Positions 17,212 through 26,102 of a stretch of 36,651 nt of DNA are shown here, piece after piece. Below the pieces are notes generated by a model. That model saw only the letters and a list, made by a program, of their open reading frames with translations. It was not told where the DNA came from and did no database searches. Position numbers and translations under genes: made by a program. Every line of letters starts with the position of its first letter. Within the stretch, counting starts at the first letter, position 1. The DNA comes from Bacillota bacterium (GTDB taxonomy: Bacteria > Bacillota > Clostridia > DSM-8532): positions 1-36,651 of the forward strand of contig JAEZBW010000001.1 of assembly GCA_023426765.1 (NCBI GenBank), read 5' to 3'.

Positions 17212-18153
17212 ATGGGTGCTGTGATGCTGAATTCGAAATTTATTATTTTTCTGTCCTGTGTATTCATTGTTTTGCTGGGCGCGATTATAGTTGCGGAACA
17301 GTTTGGAGCAGAAAAAGCCGAAGCGGCTACCCTGTTCCAGATGAGTTTTCGGGATATGGATTTCGAAACTGAAATTACCGGCGGATATGACGAAAGAACC
17401 TATGAAGCAGGCTATGTGATCGAAGCTGCAAATGGGGAGGATCGGAATCGGATCAGAAGCTGGGGAATCGCCCGGGTGAAGGATAATAAAACGCCGCGGG
17501 CCGATCCGGGAGCCCCCGAGCTTTTACGGAAATATCAGGGGATTTATCTTGCAGACCCCGATAAACCTGTGATTTACCTGACCTTCGACGAAGGCTATGA
17601 GAACGGCTATACCGGTGATATTCTGGATATCCTGGCCCGGCAGGGGATTAAAGCCATTTTTTTCATTACGGGGCCCTATTTAAACCAGCAGGAAGCGCTT
17701 GTGCGGCGAATGGTTGAAGAAGGCCACGCCGTGGGCAACCATACGGTGGGGCATTTCAGCCTGCCCACCCTGAACGACGAGAAAATGAGAAAAGAAGTCG
17801 GAGATCTGGACAAATTTTTCTATGAGAAGTTCAACCGGCATATGATCTTTCTGCGCCCTCCCAAGGGCGAATACAGCGAGCATTCCCTGGCGGTGACATC
17901 AGAAATGGGCTATATCAATGTGTTTTGGAGCTTTGCCTATGACGACTGGAACCGAAATAACCAGAAGGGCTGGGAACACGCCTATAACAAGGTGATGTCG
18001 AACCTGCACAACGGTGCGGTTCTGTTGCTGCATGCCGTATCCAGCGACAATGCGCAGGCGCTTGAGAGGATTATTGAAGACACCCGTAAGAAAGGATATG
18101 AGTTCGGGGATGTATTTGATCTCATTCCCCTTGCAAGGGGGGAAAGCCAGTGA
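17212..18153 (+). CDS. pdaA: Polysaccharide deacetylase; delta-lactam-biosynthetic de-N-acetylase (PdaA-like)
   Basis: IYLTFDEGYENGYTGDILDIL, FFITGPY, GHAVGNHTVGH, LRPPKGEYSE, VFWSFAYDDWNRNNQKG and LLLHAVSSDNAQAL closely parallel Bacillus PdaA blocks. An N-terminal TM or signal sequence is present. Confidence 0.85.
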   Translation: MGAVMLNSKFIIFLSCVFIVLLGAIIVAEQFGAEKAEAATLFQMSFRDMDFETEITGGYDERTYEAGYVIEAANGEDRNRIRSWGIARVKDNKTPRADPGAPELLRKYQGIYLADPDKPVIYLTFDEGYENGYTGDILDILARQGIKAIFFITGPYLNQQEALVRRMVEEGHAVGNHTVGHFSLPTLNDEKMRKEVGDLDKFFYEKFNRHMIFLRPPKGEYSEHSLAVTSEMGYINVFWSFAYDDWNRNNQKGWEHAYNKVMSNLHNGAVLLLHAVSSDNAQALERIIEDTRKKGYEFGDVFDLIPLARGESQ

Positions 18154-18449
18154 AAAAGAAGAACCATTCCTCCAAAAGGAAAAAGGAATCCCTGACGGTG
18201 AAGGAGAAGATGGCGAAGATGCTGGAGATCCCCAATGAAGTGGTTTCTGACCGCCCCAGAATAACAACCGTCGGAAAACGGGAGGTTTTCGTGGAAAACT
18301 ACAAGGGAATTCTGGAGTTTTCCAATGAGATCGTCAGAATCAATTCAAATTACGGCATCATCACCATCACCGGCAAAAACATGAAGATACGCGAAATCAC
18401 CAGTGAAGACATCATCATCTTCGGCGACATCGAAAACATCGACGTTTAG
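18150..18449 (+). CDS. yqfC: Sporulation protein YqfC
   Basis: A 99-aa protein with a basic N-terminus, then EIPNEVVSDRPRITTVGKREVFVENYKGILEFSNEIVRI...ITGKNMKIREI, as in YqfC. The GTG start overlaps the pdaA stop (GTGA). It is followed by yqfD. Confidence 0.85.
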   Translation: MKKKNHSSKRKKESLTVKEKMAKMLEIPNEVVSDRPRITTVGKREVFVENYKGILEFSNEIVRINSNYGIITITGKNMKIREITSEDIIIFGDIENIDV

Positions 18450-18457
18450 GAGGAAAT

Positions 18458-19651
18458 ATGTTCCTGATTCGTTTATGGCATTATTTAAAAGGTTATGTTA
18501 TTATAGTTGTAAGCGGGCTCTCAATAGAAAAGTTTATCAATATCTGCACAAAAAGGCAGATCCTATTATGGGATATGGCACGGCTGGAGAGCGCTGCCGT
18601 TCGGATGAAAATGAGCATCCGGGGCTTTAAAAACGCCCGTTCTGCAGCCCGCAAGGCCCGCGTCCGTGTTCGGATCGTGGGAAAAAGAGGGCTGGTATAC
18701 CTTCTGGGCCGGTACAGGAAGCGCAGAGGATTTCTGCTGGGAATCCTTGCATTTGCCATTCTGATCTACCTGATGACCTCTATCATCTGGTCCATCGAAA
18801 TTACGGGAAACACACAGGTGGAGACCAACACGCTGGTAGAGCAGATAAACGGCATGGGAATTTACCGGGGCGCAGTGAAGCGCTTCATCGACCCGAAACG
18901 TCTGGCCGATACCCTGATGCTGAACAACCGGCAATTGTCCTGGGTAGGTGTTGAAATAAAGGGAACCAGGCTTCACATCTCGGTGAAGGAAGGCAGAGAA
19001 CCGCCCAGGGTCATCGAGGATGATAAACCCTGTCATGTTGTTTCGGCCCGGGATGGCATCATTTTATCCATTCAGGCCAAAAATGGATTGGCAAAGGTCA
19101 AACCGGGGGATACTGTTGTTAAGGGACAAATGCTGATTTCCGGGAATATGGAGAGTATCCATCCGGAATTTGGTACAAAACAGGTTCATGCGATGGGTGA
19201 GGTGATCGCCCGCACATGGTACGAAATAAAGAAAGAGGTGCCGGTCAGCAAGGTGGTTCGAAAGCGCACCGGCAGGGAATGGAACAAATACAGCGTATAT
19301 TTCCTGGATTTTTTAATCCCGCTGCCATCGGGGAAAAACCCCTGGCAGCGCTTCGAAACCGGTATTTTTGATAAGACGCTGGTCATTGCAGACAGGTTCA
19401 GGCTTCCGTTGGGGCTGACCATTCAGCGCTTCTTCGAGGTGGAAGAGGAAGAATTGCCGCTGAACCAGGACGAGGCCAGAGAACTTGCCCGGAATACGGC
19501 GCTGAAGGAGCTGGCAGATCAAATGTCAGCCCAGGCGGAGGTTGTCGATCGGCAAATCCAGCTTACCTCGGAAGGGGAAAGAGAAACGGTCACGATCACA
19601 GTGGAATGTACCGAGGATATTGCCATTCAGCAGGAAATTGGAGGGAATTGA
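18458..19651 (+). CDS. yqfD: Sporulation protein YqfD (stage IV sporulation family)
   Basis: 397 aa with a central TM (GFLLGILAFAILIYLMTSIIWSIEITGN) and the conserved yqfC-yqfD-phoH order. Confidence 0.9.
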   Translation: MFLIRLWHYLKGYVIIVVSGLSIEKFINICTKRQILLWDMARLESAAVRMKMSIRGFKNARSAARKARVRVRIVGKRGLVYLLGRYRKRRGFLLGILAFAILIYLMTSIIWSIEITGNTQVETNTLVEQINGMGIYRGAVKRFIDPKRLADTLMLNNRQLSWVGVEIKGTRLHISVKEGREPPRVIEDDKPCHVVSARDGIILSIQAKNGLAKVKPGDTVVKGQMLISGNMESIHPEFGTKQVHAMGEVIARTWYEIKKEVPVSKVVRKRTGREWNKYSVYFLDFLIPLPSGKNPWQRFETGIFDKTLVIADRFRLPLGLTIQRFFEVEEEELPLNQDEARELARNTALKELADQMSAQAEVVDRQIQLTSEGERETVTITVECTEDIAIQQEIGGN

Positions 19652-20650
19652 TTGGAAACCGTCATCGAAAAAAATGTGGAAATACCCGATATGGAAACAG
19701 CGATGAATTTGTTCGGTCATTGCGACCAGAACGTTCGGATACTGGAAGATGCATTGGATGTAAAAATTACAAACCGGGAAAATGAAATCAAAATATCCGG
19801 ATTTGAATCGAAGGTCGATGCGACGCTTGAGATCATCCGCAAGCTGCTGGGCATCATTGAACAGGGAGACACCATAACGGCCCAGAACGTAAATTATCTG
19901 ATTTCGGTAAAGCAGGAGAATGCCGGCGAAGCCGATGAACTGCCGCTGGATCTGGTGTGCCTGACCGCCAGGGGAAAACCCATCAAATCCAAAACATACG
20001 GTCAAAAGAAATATATCGAAGCCATCCGCAGAAATACCATTGTTTTTTGCATTGGTCCGGCGGGGACGGGAAAAACCTTTCTGGCAGTGGCCATGGCTGT
20101 AAAAGCCTTCCGGGAGAAACAGGTCAGCCGGATCATTTTAACGCGGCCTGCCGTGGAGGCCGGTGAAAGGCTGGGCTTTTTACCGGGGGATCTGCAAAAC
20201 AAGGTGGATCCGTATTTAAGGCCGCTGTATGATGCCCTGTATCAAATCATGGGCCCCGAAACCTATCAGTCCAATCTGGAAAAGGGAATTATCGAGGTTG
20301 CCCCGCTGGCTTACATGCGCGGGAGAACCCTGGATGATTCCTTCATCATTCTCGATGAAGCGCAGAATACCACACCCGAGCAGATGAAGATGTTCTTAAC
20401 CAGAATCGGCGCAGGCTCCAAAGCGATTATTACCGGCGACATCACCCAGATCGACCTGCCCGGAGACAAAAAGTCCGGGCTTGTAGAGGTTCAGCGGATC
20501 CTCAACGAAGTGGACGGGCTAAGCTTCGTTTACCTCACCGGCAGGGATGTCATCCGGCATGAACTGGTTCAGCGCATCATCCGGGCCTATGAGCAGCATG
20601 AAAACCGCAGCCAGCCAAAGGTAAAGAGAAATGATTCCATGCTTCGGTAA
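19652..20650 (+). CDS. phoH: PhoH-family ATPase
   Basis: Walker A GPAGTGKTFLAVAMAV, ILTRPAVEAGERLGFLPGD, and Walker B FIILDEAQN. The TTG start immediately follows the yqfD stop, with GGAGGG at 19640-19645. Confidence 0.93.
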   Translation: METVIEKNVEIPDMETAMNLFGHCDQNVRILEDALDVKITNRENEIKISGFESKVDATLEIIRKLLGIIEQGDTITAQNVNYLISVKQENAGEADELPLDLVCLTARGKPIKSKTYGQKKYIEAIRRNTIVFCIGPAGTGKTFLAVAMAVKAFREKQVSRIILTRPAVEAGERLGFLPGDLQNKVDPYLRPLYDALYQIMGPETYQSNLEKGIIEVAPLAYMRGRTLDDSFIILDEAQNTTPEQMKMFLTRIGAGSKAIITGDITQIDLPGDKKSGLVEVQRILNEVDGLSFVYLTGRDVIRHELVQRIIRAYEQHENRSQPKVKRNDSMLR

Positions 20651-20677
20651 AACGAATCATAAGGCAGGTGACCATAG

Positions 20678-22975
20678 TTGACGAGCGTGAAAGAGAAGAA
20701 AAAAAAGAAGAAAACAATTGGACAAGTCTTACAAAACGACCTCTTCCAGCGGGTGATCATCGGGGTTGTGTCGCTGCTGTCGGTTTTTGTGATGATCTCG
20801 GGCGGTGCTGCGCCCAAACGCTACAAGCTGACTTTGGGCGTACCTTCGGGTTTTGACATCAGCGCACCGCGCGATATTGAAAATGTACTGAAAACCGAAG
20901 CACTTGCCATGGAGCGGGTGAAGGAGGTTCCTCCCGTCATCCGGGAACTGGAAGCGGCCAATACGAGAATGCTCAGCAGTGTTTACGACTTTTTTGACAC
21001 GCTGGACACCCTTCGCGCAAAGCTGGTTCCCATGCTGGAGGCCGATTCCGATTTGAAGCTTGAAGATCTGCTGGTTGCAGAGAATCAGATCACTCCCATC
21101 CCGGCGGTTCTGATGGAGCTGAAACAGGAATTGAAGCTTTATCTGTTCCGCCAGGAAGCCACCGCCGAAATCAACACGCTGAAACAGCTGCTTATCCGTG
21201 ACATCATGCCGCAGCTGTCCACAACCGCCATCACACAGGGAAACCTTCAGCAAACTCTGGAGAGTTACCACATCCGTATTGAAAACAACATCCCCTCCCT
21301 TCAGATGCAGCAGGTTGCCCGCCAAATCCTTTCAGGGGTTGTCGTGCCAAACAGCATGGTGGATGAAGCCGCTACCGCAAGCCAGAAGAATGCATTTCTG
21401 GAGGCCTACAAGCTTGAAAACCCTGTGATGATTTATGAAGGTGAACGCTTTATCCGCAAGGAAGATATCATTACGCCCGATATCATCGATGTGGTCAGAA
21501 GGCTGGGTATTCTCGACGAAAAAACCGGTCCGGATTACCTGTTCCTCACGTCTGTATTCCTGCTGCTTTTCATGCTGTGGTTCATTTTGACCATATTCAT
21601 CCGATCCTTCACCCCAAAGGTTTACCAAAGCCGGAATGAACTGCTGTTTATTGCAAGCATCATCGTATTAACGGTATTTCTGGCGCTGATGGCCAGGGAA
21701 TTTCTTCCCGATATTTCGCCCTACATCACCCTTGGCTTCATTGCACCGGTGATGCTGGCTGTATTTATTAATGTTCAGCTGTCCATCATCGTGAATCTGA
21801 TCCTGACGATTTCGCTGTCACTGCTGTTTCCCGACAATCCGACCTTTGTGTTCATGTCGGTGATCAGCGGAACCTTTGCAGCGTTTCTTTCGGCCAATGC
21901 CAATCAACGGAGAAGGATTTCGCTTACAGGGTTTGTCATCGGTTCGATCAATGCATTTATCGTGGTCTGCACCGGCATCATTGAGAAAAAGGACTGGATC
22001 ACCATGCTGAAACACAGCGGGTTCTCCTTCCTGAACGGAATTCTGTCGGTGATTATCGCCATCGGCCTGCTTCCCATTTTTGAAAGCCTGTTCAATATGG
22101 TGACGCCACTAAAGCTTTTGGAGTTGGCCGATCCGAACCATCCGCTTTTAAAGCGGCTTCTGATGGAAGCCCCCGGAACCTATCATCACAGCCTGATGGT
22201 GGGGAACCTGGCCGAGGTTGCTGTCAGGACCATTGGCGGAAATCCGCTGGTGGCCCGCGTAGGTGCATATTTTCATGATGTCGGGAAATTGAAGCGGCCT
22301 GGCTTTTTCAAGGAAAACCAGATGTCTGAAAACCCCCATGACCGGATAACGCCGAATTTAAGCACGCTGGTCATCACCTCCCACACCCGGGATGGTGAAG
22401 AGATGGCCATTAAATATAAGCTTCCGAAGCCCATCCGGGATATCATCGTACAGCATCACGGCAATACGCTGGTAGCCTTTTTTTATCACAAAGCCCGCCA
22501 GGGAGGGAAGGGAACCGAAGCAAAGGAAAGCAATTTCCGGTATGAAGGGCCCAAACCGCAAACCCGTGAGGCTGCTGTTGTTCTGCTGGCCGATTCAGTG
22601 GAAGCAGCTGTGCGTTCCATGCAGGAAAAGACAAAAGGGAAGATTGAGGGATTAATCCGTAAAATCATCAAGGATAAGCTGGATGACGGGCAGTTGGACC
22701 ATTGCGACCTCACCCTGAAGGATTTAAATGATATTGCCAATGGCTTTTTAACGGTTCTCAGCGGCTTCTTCCACGAGAGAACCGAATATCCCGAGCTGGA
22801 AAAGAAGAACTCTTTGTCCGAGCTGGACAGCCAGGTGTATAATAACGTACAGGCAGACAAAAAGGAGAACCGTAATGAAGACAACCATACAAAACAAACT
22901 GAAGAAAAGGTACCTCCCGATGAGACCGCTGAAGCAGCTGCTGACGACGACAGTGCAAACCACATTGAAGACTGA
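20678..22975 (+). CDS. pgpH: 7TM-receptor HD (HDIG) protein, PgpH/YqfF-like putative cyclic-di-AMP phosphodiesterase
   Basis: Extracellular N-domain, about 7 TM helices (aa ~300-470), then the HD domain HHSLMVGNLAEVA...GAYFHDVGKLKRP...ITSHTRDGEE...IVQHHG. It holds the conserved position between phoH and ybeY. TTG start. Confidence 0.9.
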   Translation: MTSVKEKKKKKKTIGQVLQNDLFQRVIIGVVSLLSVFVMISGGAAPKRYKLTLGVPSGFDISAPRDIENVLKTEALAMERVKEVPPVIRELEAANTRMLSSVYDFFDTLDTLRAKLVPMLEADSDLKLEDLLVAENQITPIPAVLMELKQELKLYLFRQEATAEINTLKQLLIRDIMPQLSTTAITQGNLQQTLESYHIRIENNIPSLQMQQVARQILSGVVVPNSMVDEAATASQKNAFLEAYKLENPVMIYEGERFIRKEDIITPDIIDVVRRLGILDEKTGPDYLFLTSVFLLLFMLWFILTIFIRSFTPKVYQSRNELLFIASIIVLTVFLALMAREFLPDISPYITLGFIAPVMLAVFINVQLSIIVNLILTISLSLLFPDNPTFVFMSVISGTFAAFLSANANQRRRISLTGFVIGSINAFIVVCTGIIEKKDWITMLKHSGFSFLNGILSVIIAIGLLPIFESLFNMVTPLKLLELADPNHPLLKRLLMEAPGTYHHSLMVGNLAEVAVRTIGGNPLVARVGAYFHDVGKLKRPGFFKENQMSENPHDRITPNLSTLVITSHTRDGEEMAIKYKLPKPIRDIIVQHHGNTLVAFFYHKARQGGKGTEAKESNFRYEGPKPQTREAAVVLLADSVEAAVRSMQEKTKGKIEGLIRKIIKDKLDDGQLDHCDLTLKDLNDIANGFLTVLSGFFHERTEYPELEKKNSLSELDSQVYNNVQADKKENRNEDNHTKQTEEKVPPDETAEAAADDDSANHIED

Positions 22976-23372
22976 GGGCTTCGAAACCCCGGCGGAGGTT
23001 TCCATTCTGCTGGTGGAGAATGACGAGATCCGCGGAATAAACCGGGAGTTCCGGGCTAAAGATAGTGTTACCGACGTGTTGTCGTTTCCGATGCTTCAGA
23101 TGGCGGACGGAAAAGTTTTGGAAGAACCAGGCGCTTCCGATATGGATGGCGGAAGGGTATTTTTGGGCGATATCGTCCTGTCGGTTCCAAAGGCGCTGGA
23201 ACAGGCGCAAAGCTATGGGCATTCCCCGCAGAGAGAGCTGGCTTTTCTTACGGTTCACGGCCTGCTGCATCTGCTGGGCTATGACCATGAGGAACCCAGC
23301 CAGGAAGAAACAATGATGGCAAAGCAGGAGAGAATCCTTACGGAAATTGGTCTTCCCCGAAATGAGGAATAG
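22875..23372 (+). CDS. ybeY: rRNA maturation endoribonuclease YbeY
   Basis: EVSILLVENDEIRGINREFRAKDSVTDVLSFPM and the zinc motif HGLLHLLGYDHE. AAGGAG at 22861-22866 precedes the ATG at 22875. Confidence 0.9.
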   Translation: MKTTIQNKLKKRYLPMRPLKQLLTTTVQTTLKTEGFETPAEVSILLVENDEIRGINREFRAKDSVTDVLSFPMLQMADGKVLEEPGASDMDGGRVFLGDIVLSVPKALEQAQSYGHSPQRELAFLTVHGLLHLLGYDHEEPSQEETMMAKQERILTEIGLPRNEE

Positions 23373-23405
23373 AAGCCGAAGCATACGCCGCTTCAGGAGA
23401 ATGGC

Positions 23406-23786
23406 ATGAAAAGCAGAACTTTGCTCGATAGCTTTCAATATGCGCTGCAGGGTTTGAAAGCCGCTTTTGTCGGTGAGAAGAATTTCAGAATTCATTGTGT
23501 TGCGGTCGTTGTCGTTGTCGGTGTTGGGGCTGCGATAGGGCTGCCTGCCCTTAAATGGGTGCTTTTGGTTTTAACGATGGGTTTTGTGCTGGTATGCGAA
23601 CTGTTCAACACCGTGGCCGAAACATTGGTGGATATGATTACGCAGGAATACTCCCAGTTGGCAAAGAAAGTGAAGGATCTTGCGGCGGGGGCTGTACTGG
23701 TTTCGGCCATCACGGCCATATTGGCAGGCATTTTTATTTTTATTGAGCCCGTGCTTGAACTGGTTAAAAAGATCCTTGGGCACTGA
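23406..23786 (+). CDS. dgkA: Diacylglycerol/undecaprenol kinase (DgkA family)
   Basis: A 126-aa three-TM protein with NFRIH...VLVCELFNTVAETLVD...AKDLAAGAVLVSAI. It holds the conserved position after ybeY. Confidence 0.85.
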   Translation: MKSRTLLDSFQYALQGLKAAFVGEKNFRIHCVAVVVVVGVGAAIGLPALKWVLLVLTMGFVLVCELFNTVAETLVDMITQEYSQLAKKVKDLAAGAVLVSAITAILAGIFIFIEPVLELVKKILGH

Positions 23787-23916
23787 ATGTCCAGTTAACG
23801 TCAGTGCCATCCTTACCGCCGGCATAACCGAGTACAATCGACGGCGTCAACCCTCGCTGCGCTCCGGATCTTAAAACGACATGCATAAGATATATACTGT
23901 TTAGTGAGGAGAAAAA

Positions 23917-24582
23917 ATGTTAAACGAATCCCTTGAATTTTATATCCTGATGATTCCCGTTCTGATCATCTCCCTGACCTTTCATGAATATTCCCACGGT
24001 TACATCGCATACCGTCTGGGTGACAATACGGCAAAAGACGCGGGGCGCCTGACGCTCAATCCTTTGAAGCATCTGGATCCGATCGGCACGCTGATGATGT
24101 TTATCGCGCGTATTGGCTGGGCAAAGCCGGTTCCCGTGAATCCATCCTTTTTCAGGGACAGAAAGAAGGGCATGATGCTGACCAGCGTCGCCGGCCCCTT
24201 ATCCAATCTCATGATGGCATTCATTGTGGCCTTTCCGCTGCAAATCGTGATTGCAACGAGTTTCAGAAGCATTGATGCCGGAACCGGGGTGGCATATTAT
24301 CTCTTTCAGTTCCTCCTTCTATTGTTTTATGTAAACATTAATCTTGCCATTTTCAATCTGTTTCCCATTCCGCCGCTGGATGGCTCAAAAATTCTCTCGG
24401 CGGTACTGCCGTCCGAAATTTATTTTAAGTTCATGCGGTATGAGCAGTATATCGGGTTGGCTTTTCTGGTGATCATCATGTTTTTTAAGACGGGATTTGG
24501 AGAGGTGATCGGATTTTTCACCACCCCGATTTCCAGAAGCATGCTGTGGGTAGCCGGAAAAGTTGTGGGTATTTTCTTCTGA
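23917..24582 (+). CDS. Site-2 protease family (peptidase M50) membrane metalloprotease
   Basis: HExxH motif FHEYSHGYIA in TM1, NLFPIPPLDGSKIL (the NxxPxxxLDG motif), and a polytopic 221-aa protein. Confidence 0.8.
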   Translation: MLNESLEFYILMIPVLIISLTFHEYSHGYIAYRLGDNTAKDAGRLTLNPLKHLDPIGTLMMFIARIGWAKPVPVNPSFFRDRKKGMMLTSVAGPLSNLMMAFIVAFPLQIVIATSFRSIDAGTGVAYYLFQFLLLLFYVNINLAIFNLFPIPPLDGSKILSAVLPSEIYFKFMRYEQYIGLAFLVIIMFFKTGFGEVIGFFTTPISRSMLWVAGKVVGIFF

Positions 24583-24723
24583 CAATTCCCCAGGAATCTG
24601 GACTTTGCAGCCTGAATACGATAAACTATAAATCAGGGGATACAGCAGGACAAGCCATATGGCACACCATCTGTTCCCGCTGGTTTCCCGGAATGAACGG
24701 CAAAGGTTTCAAAGGAGATACCA

Positions 24724-25503
24724 ATGAAAAGTTCCCTGCATGAAGCATGCACCATTCGTTTGAAAAATTTCGAAGGCCCCTTCGATCTGTTGTTTTTTTT
24801 GATTGAAAAAAACCAAATTGATATTTATGATATTCCCATCGTTGATATCACCGATCAATACATGGATTACCTTTTTGCCATGCAGGAGATGGATTTGGAG
24901 GTAGCCAGCGAGTTTCTCGTCATGGCTTCCACACTGCTGCACATCAAGTCAAAGCTGCTGCTTCCCGTTCACAACGAAGAGCAGGCCGAACTGATCGACC
25001 CCAGGGAGGAATTGATCCTGAAGCTGGTGGAATATAAAAAGGCGAAAGAGTTTGCTTCGCTGCTGCGCGACAGGGAAAAGGAATGGGGAAGGGTTTTCTA
25101 CAAGCTGCCTGAGATTTTACCCGAAGCGGCATACGAGGTTGTTCTTGAGGTTTCTCCGGCTTTGTTGAAGGATTGCTATCAAAGTGTTCTGCAAAATTAT
25201 CAGGATCGGCAAAATGATGTTTCCAAAAAAATGAGCCGTATTCTGCAGCATGAGAAGGTTTCACTGCGTCTGAAGATCAAGGAGCTTCTGGGTTGGCTGA
25301 AAAAAGGAGTCCGCCTGTGCTTCTCAAAGGTCTTCAATATTCGGAAAATGTCCCGGCTGGAGGTGGCAACGGGTTTTCTGGCCGCGTTGGAGATTGCCAA
25401 GTCCGGAAAAGCCCTGCTCCATCAGGAGACCGAATTTGGAGAAATCTTTATGGAACGCAGCGAAACCGAAGCTTTTGGAAAGGAAAATGTCATTTATGAA
25501 TGA
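24724..25503 (+). CDS. scpA: Segregation and condensation protein A (kleisin)
   Basis: FEGPFDLLFFLIEKNQIDIYDIPIVDITDQYMDYL is the canonical ScpA N-terminus. The C-terminal winged helix includes LEVATGFLAALEIAK. Confidence 0.9.
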   Translation: MKSSLHEACTIRLKNFEGPFDLLFFLIEKNQIDIYDIPIVDITDQYMDYLFAMQEMDLEVASEFLVMASTLLHIKSKLLLPVHNEEQAELIDPREELILKLVEYKKAKEFASLLRDREKEWGRVFYKLPEILPEAAYEVVLEVSPALLKDCYQSVLQNYQDRQNDVSKKMSRILQHEKVSLRLKIKELLGWLKKGVRLCFSKVFNIRKMSRLEVATGFLAALEIAKSGKALLHQETEFGEIFMERSETEAFGKENVIYE

Positions 25504-26047
25504 TTTAAGAGATATTGAAAGCGTGATCGAAGCCGTATTGTTCGCATCGGGTGATTCGGTTCCGCTCGAAAGGCTTTCGGAAATCATCGGTCAGGATAAA
25601 AAGACAACAGAAAGCATTCTGTCCAATATGCAGATGAAGTACCGAAACTCGCCGCGGGGAATCATGCTGCGGCAGTTGGGTACAAGCTATCAGCTGTGCA
25701 CAAAACCCGAATATGAGGAATATATCGCCGCTTTGGGCACAGGCCGGAAAAAGCAGGGGCTGTCACAGGCAGCTTATGAAGCGCTGGCCATCATTGCCTG
25801 GCATCAGCCTGTAACCCGTGCCCAGGTAGAGCAAATCCGCGGCGTGAATTCAGATAATGTCATTGCAAACCTGGTGGAAAAAAATCTGATCCGTGAAACC
25901 GGCAGACAGGATACGCCGGGAAAACCAAGGCTTTATGGTACAACCGAAGAATTTTTACGGGTGTTTGGCTTCAGTACGCTGAAGGATATGCCCCAGGTCG
26001 AAATGAATCAGATTCAAACTGTGATGGACAACGTTCCGATTGATTAG
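25496..26047 (+). CDS. scpB: Segregation and condensation protein B
   Basis: IEAVLFASGDSVPLERLSEI..., LSQAAYEALAIIAWHQPVTRAQVEQIRGV and GRQDTPGKPRLYGTT. The ATG at 25496 overlaps the scpA stop (ATGAATGA). ATG 25487 and the ORF-track start at 25394 are less likely. Confidence 0.9.
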   Translation: MNDLRDIESVIEAVLFASGDSVPLERLSEIIGQDKKTTESILSNMQMKYRNSPRGIMLRQLGTSYQLCTKPEYEEYIAALGTGRKKQGLSQAAYEALAIIAWHQPVTRAQVEQIRGVNSDNVIANLVEKNLIRETGRQDTPGKPRLYGTTEEFLRVFGFSTLKDMPQVEMNQIQTVMDNVPID

Positions 26048-26102
26048 ATCTTCACAGTATAAAATGGTTGATTTTGGATATCATAACCGGGAGGTGACGA
26101 TC

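Noticed and set aside
22758-23495. A 245-aa minus-strand ORF, the longest antisense ORF in the window.
   Set aside because: It lies entirely antisense to the pgpH 3' end, ybeY and the dgkA 5' end, all of which have clear family motifs. It has no RBS, and its Arg/Leu/Ser-rich composition is typical of a shadow frame.
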